Assembly: GCA_040954595.2 (NCBI GenBank)
Contig: CM082586.2
Location: 10,013,337-10,077,336 of the forward strand
DNA from: Balanoglossus misakiensis
Taxonomy: Eukaryota; Animalia; Hemichordata
DNA length: 64,000 nucleotides
Reading direction: 5' to 3'
The notes beneath the pieces were generated by a model. That model did not search any database. It had not been told where the DNA came from and saw only the letters and a program-made list of their open reading frames with translations. Below are positions 51,201 through 64,000 of this stretch, piece after piece. Position numbers and translations under genes: made by a program. Position 1 is the first letter of the stretch. Each line of letters begins with the position of its first letter.

Positions 51201-54200
51201 TCCATTTTAAAAAAAAAACATGGGGGAAAATCATCAAAAAATGACAAATTTTCGACTTTGCAAAATCTCAAAATTTCGTCGATTTTGAAAAAAAACATTG
51301 GGGGAAAATCATCAAAAAATGACAAATTATCGACTTTGCACAATCTCACAATTTCGTCGATTTTTGAAAAAAATCATGGGTGAAAATCATCAAAAAATTA
51401 CAAATTTTCGACTTTGCAAAATCTCAACATTTCGTCGATTTTTGAAAAAAATCATGGGTGAAAATCATCAAAAAATGACAAATTTTCGACTTTGCAAAAT
51501 CTCACAATTTCGTCGATTTTTGAAAAAAATCATGGGTGAAAATCATCAAAAAATTACAAATTTTCGACTTTGCAAAATCTCAACATTTCGTCGATTTTTG
51601 AAAAAAATCATGGGTGAAAATCATCAAAAAATTACAAATTTTCGACTTTGCAAAATCTCAAAATTTCGTAAATTTTTGAAAAAAAGTCATGGGTGAAAAT
51701 CATCAAAAAATTACAAATTTTCGTCTTTGCAAAATCACAAAATTTCGTCGATTTTTGAAAAAAAAAATCATGGGTAAAAATCATCAAAAAATTACAAATT
51801 TTCGACTTTGCAAAATCTAAAAATTTTGTCGATTTTTGAAAAAAATCATGGGTGAAAATCATCAAAAAATGACAAATTTTCGTCTTTGCAAAATCTCAAA
51901 ATTTCGTCCATTTTTGAATAAAAATCATGGGTGAAAATCATCAAAAAATGACACATTTTCGACTTTGCAAAATCTAAAAATTTCGTCGATTTTTGAAAAA
52001 AATCATGGTTGAAAATCATCAAAAAATGACAAAATTTTCGACTTTGTAAAATCACAAAATTTCGTCGATTTTGAAAAAAATCATAGGTTCGTCGATTTCT
52101 AAAAAAAAACATGGGTGAAAATCATCAAAAAATGACAAATTTTCGACTTTGCAAAATCTCAAAATTTCGTCGATTTTTGAAAAAAATCATGGGTGAAAAT
52201 CATCAAAAAATGACAAATTTTCGACTTCGCAAAATCTCAAAATTTCGTCAATTTTTGAAAAAATCAGGGGTAAAAATCATCAAAAAATGACAAATTTTCG
52301 TCTTTGCTAAATCTCAAAATTTCGTCGGTTTTTGAAAAATAATATGGGTGAAAATCATCAAAAAATGACAAATTTTCGACTTTGCAAAATCTCAAAATTT
52401 CGTCCATTTTTGAAAAAAAATCATGGGTAAAAATCATCAAAAAATGACAAATTTTCGTCTTTGCAAAATCTCAAAATTTCTTCCATTTAAAAAAAAAAGC
52501 ATGGGGGAAAATCATCAAAAAATGACAAATTTTCGTCTTTGCAAAATCTCAAAATTTCGTCCATTTAAAAAAAAAAACATGGGTGAAAATCATCAAAAAA
52601 TGACAAATTTTTGACTTTTCAAAATCTCACAATTTCGTCGATTTTTGAAAAAAATCATGGGTGAAAATCATCAAAAAATGACAAATTATCGACTTTGCAA
52701 AATCTCAAAATTTCGTCGATTTTGAAAAAAACCATTGGGGGAAAATCATCAAAAAATGACAAATTATCGACTTTGCAAAATCTCAAAATATCGTCCATTT
52801 TAAAAAAAAAACATGGGGGAAAATCATCAAAAAATGACAAATTTTCGACTTTGCAAAATCTCAAAATTTCGTCGATTTTGAAAAAAAACATTGGGGGAAA
52901 ATCATCAAAAAATGACAAATTATCGACTTTGCACAATCTCACAATTTCGTCGATTTTTGAAAAAAATCATGGGTGAAAATCATCAAAAAATTACAAATTT
53001 TCGACTTTGCAAAATCTCAACATTTCGTCGATTTTTGAAAAAAATCATGGGTGAAAATCATCAAAAAATGACAAATTTTCGACTTTGCAAAATCTCACAA
53101 TTTCGTCGATTTTTGAAAAAAATCATGGGTGAAAATCATCAAAAAATTACAAATTTTCGACTTTGCAAAATCTCAACATTTCGTCGATTTTTGAAAAAAA
53201 TCATGGGTGAAAATCATCAAAAAATGACAAATTTTTGACTTTGCAAAATCTAAAAATTTTGTCGATTTTTGAAAAAAATCATGGGTGAAAATCATCAAAA
53301 AATTACAAATTTTCGAATTTGCAAAATCTCAAAATTTCGTCGATTTTTGAAAAAAAACATGGGTGAAAATCATCAAAAAATGACAAATTTTCGACTTTGC
53401 AAAATCTCAAAATTTCGTCGATTTTTGAAAAAAAATCATGGGTGAAAATCATCAAAAAATTACAAATTTTCGACTTTGCAAAATCTCAAAATTTTGTCGA
53501 TTTTTGAAAAAAAATCATGGGTTCGTTGATTTTTGAAAAAAAACATGGGTGAAAATCATGAAAAAATTACAAATTTTCGAATTTGCAAAATCACAAAATT
53601 TCGTCGATTTTTGAAAAAAAAAACATGGGTGAAAATCATCAAAAAATTACAAATTTTCGACTTTGCAAAATCTCAAAATTTCGTAAATTTTTGAAAAAAA
53701 GTCATGGGTGAAAATCATCAAAAAATTACAAATTTTCGTCTTTGCAAAATCTCAAAATTTCGTCGATTTTTGAAAAAATCAGGGGTAAAAATCATCAAAA
53801 AATGACAAATTTTCGTCTTTGCTAAATCTCAAAATTTCGTCGGTTTTTGAAAAATAATATGGGTGAAAATCATCAAAAAATGACAAATTTTCGACTTTGC
53901 AAAATCTCAAAATTTCGTCCATTTTTGAAAAAAAATCATGGGTAAAAATCATCAAAAAATGACAAATTTTCGTCTTTGCAAAATCTCAAAATTTCTTCCA
54001 TTTAAAAAAAAAAGCATGGGGGAAAATCATCAAAAAATGACAAATTTTCGTCTTTGCAAAATCTCAAAATTTCGTCCATTTAAAAAAAAAAACATGGGTG
54101 AAAATCATCAAAAAATGACAAATTTTTGACTTTTCAAAATCTCACAATTTCGTCGATTTTTGAAAAAAATCATGGGTGAAAATCATCAAAAAATGACAAA

Positions 54201-57200
54201 TTATCGACTTTGCAAAATCTCAAAATTTCGTCGATTTTGAAAAAAACCATTGGGGGAAAATCATCAAAAAATGACAAATTATCGACTTTGCAAAATCTCA
54301 AAATATCGTCCATTTTAAAAAAAAAACATGGGGGAAAATCATCAAAAAATGACAAATTTTCGACTTTGCAAAATCTCAAAATTTCGTCGATTTTGAAAAA
54401 AAACATTGGGGGAAAATCATCAAAAAATGACAAATTATCGACTTTGCACAATCTCACAATTTCGTCGATTTTTGAAAAAAATCATGGGTGAAAATCATCA
54501 AAAAATTACAAATTTTCGACTTTGCAAAATCTCAACATTTCGTCGATTTTTGAAAAAAATCATGGGTGAAAATCATCAAAAAATGACAAATTTTCGACTT
54601 TGCAAAATCTCACAATTTCGTCGATTTTTGAAAAAAATCATGGGTGAAAATCATCAAAAAATTACAAATTTTCGACTTTGCAAAATCTCAACATTTCGTC
54701 GATTTTTGAAAAAAATCATGGGTGAAAATCATCAAAAAATTACAAATTTTCGACTTTGCAAAATCTCAAAATTTCGTCGATTTTTGAAAAAAAATCATGG
54801 GTGAAAATCATCAAAAAATTACAAATTTTCGACTTTGCAAAATCTCAAAATTTTGTCGATTTTTGAAAAAAAATCATGGGTTCGTTGATTTTTGAAAAAA
54901 AACATGGGTGAAAATCATGAAAAAATTACAAATTTTCGAATTTGCAAAATCACAAAATTTCGTCGATTTTTGAAAAAAAAAAACATGGGTGAAAATCATC
55001 AAAAAATTACAAATTTTCGACTTTGCAAAATCTCAAAATTTCGTAAATTTTTGAAAAAAAAATCATGGGTGAAAATCATCAAAAAATTACAAATTTTCGT
55101 CTTTGCAAAATCTCAAAATTTCGTCGATTTTTGAAAAAAAAAATCATGGGTAAAAATCATCAAAAAATTACAAATTTTCGACTTTGCAAAATCTAAAAAT
55201 TTTGTCGATTTTTGAAAAAAATCATGGGTGAAAATCATCAAAAAATGACAAATTTTCGACTTTGCAAAATCTCAAAATTTCGTCGATTTTGAAAAAAAAC
55301 ATTGGGGGAAAATCATCAAAAAATGACAAATTATCGACTTTGCACAATCTCACAATTTCGTCGATTTTTGAAAAAAATCATGGGTGAAAATCATCAAAAA
55401 ATTACAAATTTTCGACTTTGCAAAATCTCAACATTTCGTCGATTTTTGAAAAAAATCATGGGTGAAAATCATCAAAAAATGACAAATTTTCGACTTTGCA
55501 AAATCTCACAATTTCGTCGATTTTTGAAAAAAATCATGGGTGAAAATCATCAAAAAATTACAAATTTTCGACTTTGCAAAATCTCAACATTTCGTCGATT
55601 TTTGAAAAAAATCATGGGTGAAAATCATCAAAAAATTACAAATTTTCGACTTTGCAAAATCTCAAAATTTCGTCGATTTTTGAAAAAAAATCATGGGTGA
55701 AAATCATCAAAAAATTACAAATTTTCGACTTTGCAAAATCTCAAAATTTTGTCGATTTTTGAAAAAAAATCATGGGTTCGTTGATTTTTGAAAAAAAACA
55801 TGGGTGAAAATCATGAAAAAATTACAAATTTTCGAATTTGCAAAATCACAAAATTTCGTCGATTTTTGAAAAAAAAAAACATGGGTGAAAATCATCAAAA
55901 AATTACAAATTTTCGACTTTGCAAAATCTCAAAATTTCGTAAATTTTTGAAAAAAAAATCATGGGTGAAAATCATCAAAAAATTACAAATTTTCGTCTTT
56001 GCAAAATCTCAAAATTTCGTCGATTTTTGAAAAAAAAAATCATGGGTAAAAATCATCAAAAAATTACAAATTTTCGACTTTGCAAAATCTAAAAATTTTG
56101 TCGATTTTTGAAAAAAATCATGGGTGAAAATCATCAAAAAATGACAAATTTTCGTCTTTGCAAAATCTCAAAATTTCGTCCATTTTTGAATAAAAATCAT
56201 GGGTGAAAATCATCAAAAAATGACACATTTTCGACTTTGCAAAATCTAAAAATTTCGTCGATTTTTGAAAAAAATCATGGTTAAAAATCATCAAAAAATG
56301 ACAAAATTTTCGACTTTGTAAAATCACAAAATTTCGTCGGTTTTTGAAAAATAATATGGGTGAAAATCATCAAAAAATGACAAATTTTCGACTTTGCAAA
56401 ATCTCACAATTTCGTCGATTTTTGAAAAAAATCATGGGTGAAAATCATCAAAAAATGACAAATTATCGACTTTGCAAAATCTCAAAATTTCGTCGATTTT
56501 GAAAAAAACCATTGGGGGAAAATCATCAAAAAATGACAAATTATCGACTTTGCAAAATCTCAAAATTTCGTCCATTTTAAAAAAAAAACATGGGGGAAAA
56601 TCATCAAAAAATGACAAATTTTCGACTTTGCAAAATCTCAAAATTTCGTCGATTTTGAAAAAAAACATTGGGGGAAAATCATCAAAAAATGACAAATTAT
56701 CGACTTTGCACAATCTCACAATTTCGTCGATTTTTGAAAAAAATCATGGGTGAAAATCATCAAAAAATTACAAATTTTCGACTTTGCAAAATCTCAAAAT
56801 TTCGTCGATTTTTGAAAAAAATCATGGGTTCGTTCAATTTTGAAAAAAAACATGGGTGAAAATCATCAAAAAATTACAAATTTTCGACTTTGCAAAATCT
56901 CAAAAATTTGTCGATTTTTGAAAAAAATCATGGGTGAAAATCATCAAAAAATGACAAATTTTCGACTTTGCAAAATCTCACAATTTCGTCGATTTTTGAA
57001 AAAAATCATGGGTGAAAATCATCAAAAAATTACAAATTTTCGACTTTGCAAAATCTCAACATTTCGTCGATTTTTGAAAAAAATCATGGGTGAAAATCAT
57101 CAAAAAATGACAAATTTTCGACTTTGCAAAATCTCAAAATTTCGTCGATTTTGAAAAAAATCATAGGTTCGTCGATTTAAAAAAAAAACATGGGTGAAAA

Positions 57201-60200
57201 TCATCAAAAAATGACAAATTTTCGACTTTGCAAAATCTCACAATTTCGTCGATTTTTGAAAAAAATCATGGGAGAAAATCATCAAAAAATGACAAATTTT
57301 CGACTTTGCAAAATCTCAACATTTCGTCGATTTTTGAAAAAAATCATGGGTGAAAATCATCAAAAAATGACAAATTTTCGACTTTGCAAAATCTCAAAAT
57401 TTCGTCCATTTTAAAAAAAAAACATGGGGGAAAATCATCAAAAAATGAGAATATTTTCGACTTTGCAAAATCTCAAAATTTCGTCGATTTTGAAAAAAAT
57501 CATAGGTTCGTCGATTTAAAAAAAAAACATGGGTGAAAATCATCAAAAAATGACAAATTTTCGACTTTGCAAAATCTCACAATTTCGTCGATTTTTGAAA
57601 AAAATCATGGGAGAAAATCATCAAAAAATGACAAATTTTCGACTTTGCAAAATCTCAACATTTCGTCGATTTTTGAAAAAAATCATGGGTGAAAATCATC
57701 AAAAAATGACAAATTTTCGACTTTGCAAAATCTCAAAATTTCGTCGATTTTTGAAAAAAAATCATGGGTGTAAATCATCAAAAAATGACAAATTTTCGTC
57801 TTTGCAAAATCTCAAAATTTCGTCCATTTTTGAATAAAAATCATGGGTGAAAATCATCAAAAAATGACACATTTTCGACTTTGCAAAATCTAAAAATTTC
57901 GTCGATTTTTGAAAAAAATCATGGTTGAAAATCATCAAAAAATGACAAAATTTTCGACTTTGTAAAATCACAAAATTTCGTCGATTTTGAAAAAAATCAT
58001 AGGTTCGTCGATTTCTAAAAAAAAACATTGGTGAAAATCATCAAAAAATGACAAATTTTCGACTTTGCAAAATCTCACAATTTCGTCGATTTTTGAAAAA
58101 AATCATGGGAGAAAATCATCAAAAAATGACAAATTTTCGACTTTGCAAAATCTCAACATTTCGTCGATTTTTGAAAAAAATCATGGGTGAAAATCATCAA
58201 AAAATGACAAATTTTCGACTTTGCAAAATCTCAAAATTTCGTCGATTTTTGAAAAAAAATCATGGGTGAAAATCATCAAAAAATGACAAATTTTCGTCTT
58301 TGCAAAATCTCAAAATTTCGTCCATTTTTGAATAAAAATCATGGGTGAAAATCATCAAAAAATGACACATTTTCGACTTTGCAAAATCTAAAAATTTCGT
58401 CGATTTTTGAAAAAAATCATGGTTGAAAATCATCAAAAAATGACAAAATTTTCGACTTTGTAAAATCACAAAATTTCGTCGATTTTGAAAAAAATCATAG
58501 GTTCGTCGATTTCTAAAAAAAAACATTGGTGAAAATCATCAAAAAATGACAAATTTTCGACTTTGCAAAATCTCAAAATTTCGTCGATTTTTGAAAAAAA
58601 TCATGGGTGAAAATCATCAAAAAATGACAAATTTTCGACTTCGCAAAATCTCAAAATTTCGTCAATTTTTGAAAAAATCAGGGGTAAAAATCATCAAAAA
58701 ATGACAAATTTTCGTCTTTGCTAAATCTCAAAATTTCGTCGGTTTTTGAAAAATAATATGGGTGAAAATCATCAAAAAATGAAAAATTTTCGACTTTGCA
58801 AAATCTCACAATTTCGTCGATTTTTGAAAAAAATCATGGGTGAAAATCATCAAAAAATTACAAATTTTCGACTTTGCAAAATCTCAACATTTCGTCGATT
58901 TTTGAAAAAAATCATGGGTGAAAATCATCAAAAAATGACAAATTTTCGACTTTGCAAAATCTCAAAATTTCGTCGATTTTGAAAAAAATCATAGGTTCGT
59001 CGATTTAAAAAAAAAACATGGGTGAAAATCATCAAAAAATGACAAATTTTCGACTTTGCAAAATCTCACAATTTCGTCGATTTTTGAAAAAAATCATGGG
59101 AGAAAATCATCAAAAAATGACAAATTTTCGACTTTGCAAAATCTCAAAATTTCGTCGATTTTTGAAAAAAATCATGGGTGAAAATCATCAAAAAATGACA
59201 AATTTTCGACTTTGCAAAATCTCAAAATTTCGTCCATTTTAAAAAAAAAACATGGGGGAAAATCATCAAAAAATGAGAAAATTTTCGACTTTGCAAAATC
59301 TCAAAATTTCGTCGATTTTGAAAAAAATCATAGGTTCGTCGATTTAAAAAAAAAAACATGGGTGAAAATCATCAAAAAATGACAAATTTTCGACTTTGCA
59401 AAATCTCACAATTTCGTCGATTTTTGAAAAAAATCATGGGAGAAAATCATCAAAAAATGACAAATTTTCGACTTTGCAAAATCTCAACATTTCGTCGATT
59501 TTTGAAAAAAATCATGGGTGAAAATCATCAAAAAATGACAAATTTTCGACTTTGCAAAATCTCACAATTTCGTCGATTTGTGAAAAAAATCATGGGTGAA
59601 AATCATCAAAAAATTACAAATTTTCGACTTTGCAAAATCTCAACATTTCGTCAATTTTTGAAAAAAATCATGGGTGAAAATCATCAAAAAATGACAAATT
59701 TTCGTCTTTGCAAAATCTCAAAATTTCGTCAGTTTTTGAAAATTAATATGGTTGAAAATCATCAAAAAATGACAAAATTATCGACTTTGCAAAATCTCAC
59801 AATTTCGTCGATTTTTGAAAAAAAATCATGGGTGAAAATCATCAAAAAATGACAAATTTTCGTCTTTGCAAAATCTCAAAATTTCGTCGATTTTTGAAAA
59901 AAATCATGGGTGAAAATCATCAAAAAATGACAAATTTTCGACTTTGCAAAATCTCAAAATTTCGTCCATTTTAAAAAAAAAACATGGGGGAAAATCATCA
60001 AAAAATGAGAATATTTTCGACTTTGTAAAATCACAAAATTTCGTCGATTTTGAAAAAAATCATAGGTTCGTCGATTTCTAAAAAAAAACATTGGTGAAAA
60101 TCATCAAAAAATGACAAATTTTCGACTTTGCAAAATCTCAAAATTTCGTCGATTTTTGAAAAAAATCATGGGTGAAAATCATCAAAAAATGACAAATTTT

Positions 60201-63200
60201 CGACTTCGCAAAATCTCAAAATTTCGTCAATTTTTGAAAAAATCAGGGGTAAAAATCATCAAAAAATGACAAATTTTCGTCTTTGCTAAATCTCAAAATT
60301 TCGTCGGTTTTTGAAAAATAATATGGGTGAAAATCATCAAAAAATGAAAAATTTTCGACTTTGCAAAATCTCACAATTTCGTCGATTTTTGAAAAAAATC
60401 ATGGGTGAAAATCATCAAAAAATTACAAATTTTCGACTTTGCAAAATCTCAACATTTCGTCGATTTTTGAAAAAAATCATGGGTGAAAATCATCAAAAAA
60501 TGACAAATTTTCGACTTTGCAAAATCTCAAAATTTCGTCGATTTTGAAAAAAATCATAGGTTCGTCGATTTAAAAAAAAAACATGGGTGAAAATCATCAA
60601 AAAATGACAAATTTTCGACTTTGCAAAATCTCACAATTTCGTCGATTTTTGAAAAAAATCATGGGAGAAAATCATCAAAAAATGACAAATTTTCGACTTT
60701 GCAAAATCTCAAAATTTCGTCGATTTTTGAAAAAAATCATGGGTGAAAATCATCAAAAAATGACAAATTTTCGACTTTGCAAAATCTCAAAATTTCGTCC
60801 ATTTTAAAAAAAAAACATGGGGGAAAATCATCAAAAAATGAGAAAATTTTCGACTTTGCAAAATCTCAAAATTTCGTCGATTTTGAAAAAAATCATAGGT
60901 TCGTCGATTTAAAAAAAAAAACATGGGTGAAAATCATCAAAAAATGACAAATTTTCGACTTTGCAAAATCTCACAATTTCGTCGATTTTTGAAAAAAATC
61001 ATGGGAGAAAATCATCAAAAAATGACAAATTTTCGACTTTGCAAAATCTCAACATTTCGTCGATTTTTGAAAAAAATCATGGGTGAAAATCATCAAAAAA
61101 TGACAAATTTTCGACTTTGCAAAATCTCACAATTTCGTCGATTTGTGAAAAAAATCATGGGTGAAAATCATCAAAAAATTACAAATTTTCGACTTTGCAA
61201 AATCTCAACATTTCGTCAATTTTTGAAAAAAATCATGGGTGAAAATCATCAAAAAATGACAAATTTTCGTCTTTGCAAAATCTCAAAATTTCGTCAGTTT
61301 TTGAAAATTAATATGGTTGAAAATCATCAAAAAATGACAAAATTATCGACTTTGCAAAATCTCACAATTTCGTCGATTTTTGAAAAAAAATCATGGGTGA
61401 AAATCATCAAAAAATTACAAATTTTCGACTTTGCAAAATCTCAACATTTCGTCGATTTTTGAAAAAAATCATGGGTGAAAATCATCAAAAAATGACAAAT
61501 TTTCGACTTTGCAAAATCTCAAAATTTCGTCCATTTTAAAAAAAAAACATGGGGGAAAATCATCAAAAAATGAGAATATTTTCGACTTTGCAAAATCTCA
61601 AAATTTCGTCGATTTTGAAAAAAATCATAGGTTCGTCGATTTAAAAAAAAAACATGGGTGAAAATCATCAAAAAATGACAAATTTTCGACTTTGCAAAAT
61701 CTCACAATTTCGTCGATTTTTGAAAAAAATCATGGGAGAAAATCATCAAAAAATGACAAATTTTCGACTTTGCAAAATCTCAACATTTCGTCGATTTTTG
61801 AAAAAAATCATGGGTGAAAATCATCAAAAAATGACAAATTTTCGACTTTGCAAAATCTCAAAATTTCGTCGATTTTTGAAAAAAAATCATGGGTGTAAAT
61901 CATCAAAAAATGACAAATTTTCGTCTTTGCAAAATCTCAAAATTTCGTCCATTTTTGAATAAAAATCATGGGTGAAAATCATCAAAAAATGACACATTTT
62001 CGACTTTGCAAAATCTAAAAATTTCGTCGATTTTTGAAAAAAATCATGGTTGAAAATCATCAAAAAATGACAAAATTTTCGACTTTGTAAAATCACAAAA
62101 TTTCGTCGATTTTGAAAAAAATCATAGGTTCGTCGATTTCTAAAAAAAAACATTGGTGAAAATCATCAAAAAATGACAAATTTTCGACTTTGCAAAATCT
62201 CAAAATTTCGTCGATTTTTGAAAAAAATCATGGGTGAAAATCATCAAAAAATGACAAATTTTCGACTTCGCAAAATCTCAAAATTTCGTCAATTTTTGAA
62301 AAAATCAGGGGTAAAAATCATCAAAAAATGACAAATTTTCGTCTTTGCTAAATCTCAATATTTCGTCGGTTTTTGAAAAATAATATGGGTGAAAATCATC
62401 AAAAAATGACAAATTTTCGACTTTGCAAAATCTCAACATTTCGTCGATTTTTGAAAAAAATCATGGGTGAAAATCATCAAAAAATGACAAATTTTCGACT
62501 TTGCAAAATCTCAAAATTTCGTCCATTTTAAAAAAAAAACATGGGGGAAAATCATCAAAAAATGAGAAAATTTTCGACTTTGCAAAATCTCAAAATTTCG
62601 TCGATTTTGAAAAAAATCATAGGTTCGTCGATTTAAAAAAAAAAACATGGGTGAAAATCATCAAAAAATGACAAATTTTCGACTTTGCAAAATCTCACAA
62701 TTTCGTCGATTTTTGAAAAAAATCATGGGAGAAAATCATCAAAAAATGACAAATTTTCGACTTTGCAAAATCTCAACATTTCGTCGATTTTTGAAAAAAA
62801 TCATGGGTGAAAATCATCAAAAAATGACAAATTTTCGACTTTGCAAAATCTCACAATTTCGTCGATTTGTGAAAAAAATCATGGGTGAAAATCATCAAAA
62901 AATTACAAATTTTCGACTTTGCAAAATCTCAACATTTCGTCAATTTTTGAAAAAATCATGGGTGAAAATCATCAAAAAATGACAAATTTTCGTCTTTGCA
63001 AAATCTCAAAATTTCGTCGGTTTTTGAAAAATAATATGGTTGAAAATCATCAAAAAATGACAAAATTATCGACTTTGCAAAATCTCACAATTTCGTCGAT
63101 TTTTGAAAAAAAATCATGGGTGAAAATCATCAAAAAATGACAAATTTTCGACTTTGCAAAATCTCAAAATTTCGTCCATTTTAAAAAAAAAACATGGGGG

Positions 63201-64000
63201 AAAATCATCAAAAAATGAGAAAATTTTCGACTTTGCAAAATCTCAACATTTCGTCGATTTTTGAAAAAAATCATGGGTGAAAATCATCAAAAAATTACAA
63301 ATTTTCGACTTTGCAAAATCTCAACATTTCGTCGATTTTTGAAAAAAATCATGGGTGAAAATCATCAAAAAATGACAAATTTTCGACTTTGCAAAATCTC
63401 AAAATTTCGTCAATTTTTGAAAAAATCATGGGTGAAAATCATCAAAAAATGACAAATTTTCGTCTTTGCAAAATCTCAAAATTTCGTCAGTTTTTGAAAA
63501 ATAATATGGTTGAAAATCATCAAAAAATGACAAAATTATCGACTTTGCAAAATCTCACAATTTCGTCGATTTTTGAAAAAAAATCATGGGTGAAAATCAT
63601 CAAAAAATTACAAATTTTCGACTTTGCAAAATCTCAACATTTCGTCGATTTTTGAAAAAAATCATGGGTGAAAATCATCAAAAAATGACAAATTTTCGAC
63701 TTTGCAAAATCTCAAAATTTCGTCCATTTTAAAAAAAAAACATGGGGGAAAATCATCAAAAAATGAGAATATTTTCGACTTTGCAAAATCTCAAAATTTC
63801 GTCGATTTTGAAAAAAATCATAGGTTCGTCGATTTAAAAAAAAAACATGGGTGAAAATCATCAAAAAATGACAAATTTTCGACTTTGCAAAATCTAAAAA
63901 TTTCGTCGATTTTTGAAAAAAATCATGGTTGAAAATCATCAAAAAATGACAAAATTTTCGACTTTGTAAAATCACAAAATTTCGTCGATTTTGAAAAAAA
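24260..64000 (+). repeat. Main 78-bp satellite array (>39.7 kb, roughly 450-500 monomers) with higher-order repeats; candidate (peri)centromeric DNA
   Basis: Consensus TCATGGGTGAAAATCATCAAAAAATGACAAATTTTCGACTTTGCAAAATCTCAAAATTTCGTCGATTTTTGAAAAAAA (78 nt), with an optional ~28-bp TCATGGGTTCGTTGATTTTTGAAAAAAAA subunit; runs off the window end. Confidence 0.97.

Noticed and set aside
18083-63975. Dozens of ORFs with MGENHQKMTNFRLCKISKFRRFLKKI repeats
   Set aside because: The monomer is 78 bp (26 codons) and has a stop-free frame. The ORFs break at random A-tract indels and occur on both strands, so they are satellite artefacts.
24260-64000. CRISPR-like array
   Set aside because: No unique spacers and no cas genes; a continuous tandem satellite in a eukaryotic context.
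24260-64000. CENP-B box in the TTCGTCGA motif
   Set aside because: Lacks the TTCGnnnnAnnCGGG spacing; only the TTCG half is present.

Overview
Eukaryotic, AT-rich, repeat-dense window (probably a marine invertebrate; inferred from repeat types) at the edge of a large satellite array. 0.6-11.5 kb is a decayed, 3'-truncated Gmr1-like Ty3/Gypsy LTR retrotransposon (LTR, tRNA-Pro PBS, gag-PR-IN-RT order). Its pol is cleanly interrupted by a 5,474-bp cut-and-paste DNA transposon (3990-9463) with a 3-bp TSD (ACA) and RSS-like bipartite termini (CACTRCRG, 18-bp unconserved spacer, TGGGCAGTATT(T)CCG). That element carries two convergent genes: a spliced ~890-aa RAG1/Transib/Chapaev-fold DDE transposase that appears to lack the RAG1 C2H2 zinc ligands, and an intact 216-aa orphan ORF where ProtoRAG has RAG2L. 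This element is the most interesting object here. 11.5-18 kb is a patchwork of MITEs (AcademH-like, Kolobok, TA-target, palindromic minis) and a duplicate of the window start. From ~18.15 kb to the end is a 78-bp A-tract-phased satellite with a 3.15-kb Academ insertion, a strand switch at ~24,260 and nested higher-order repeats (0.5-8.7 kb). All family assignments come from by-eye motif recognition; no searches were run.
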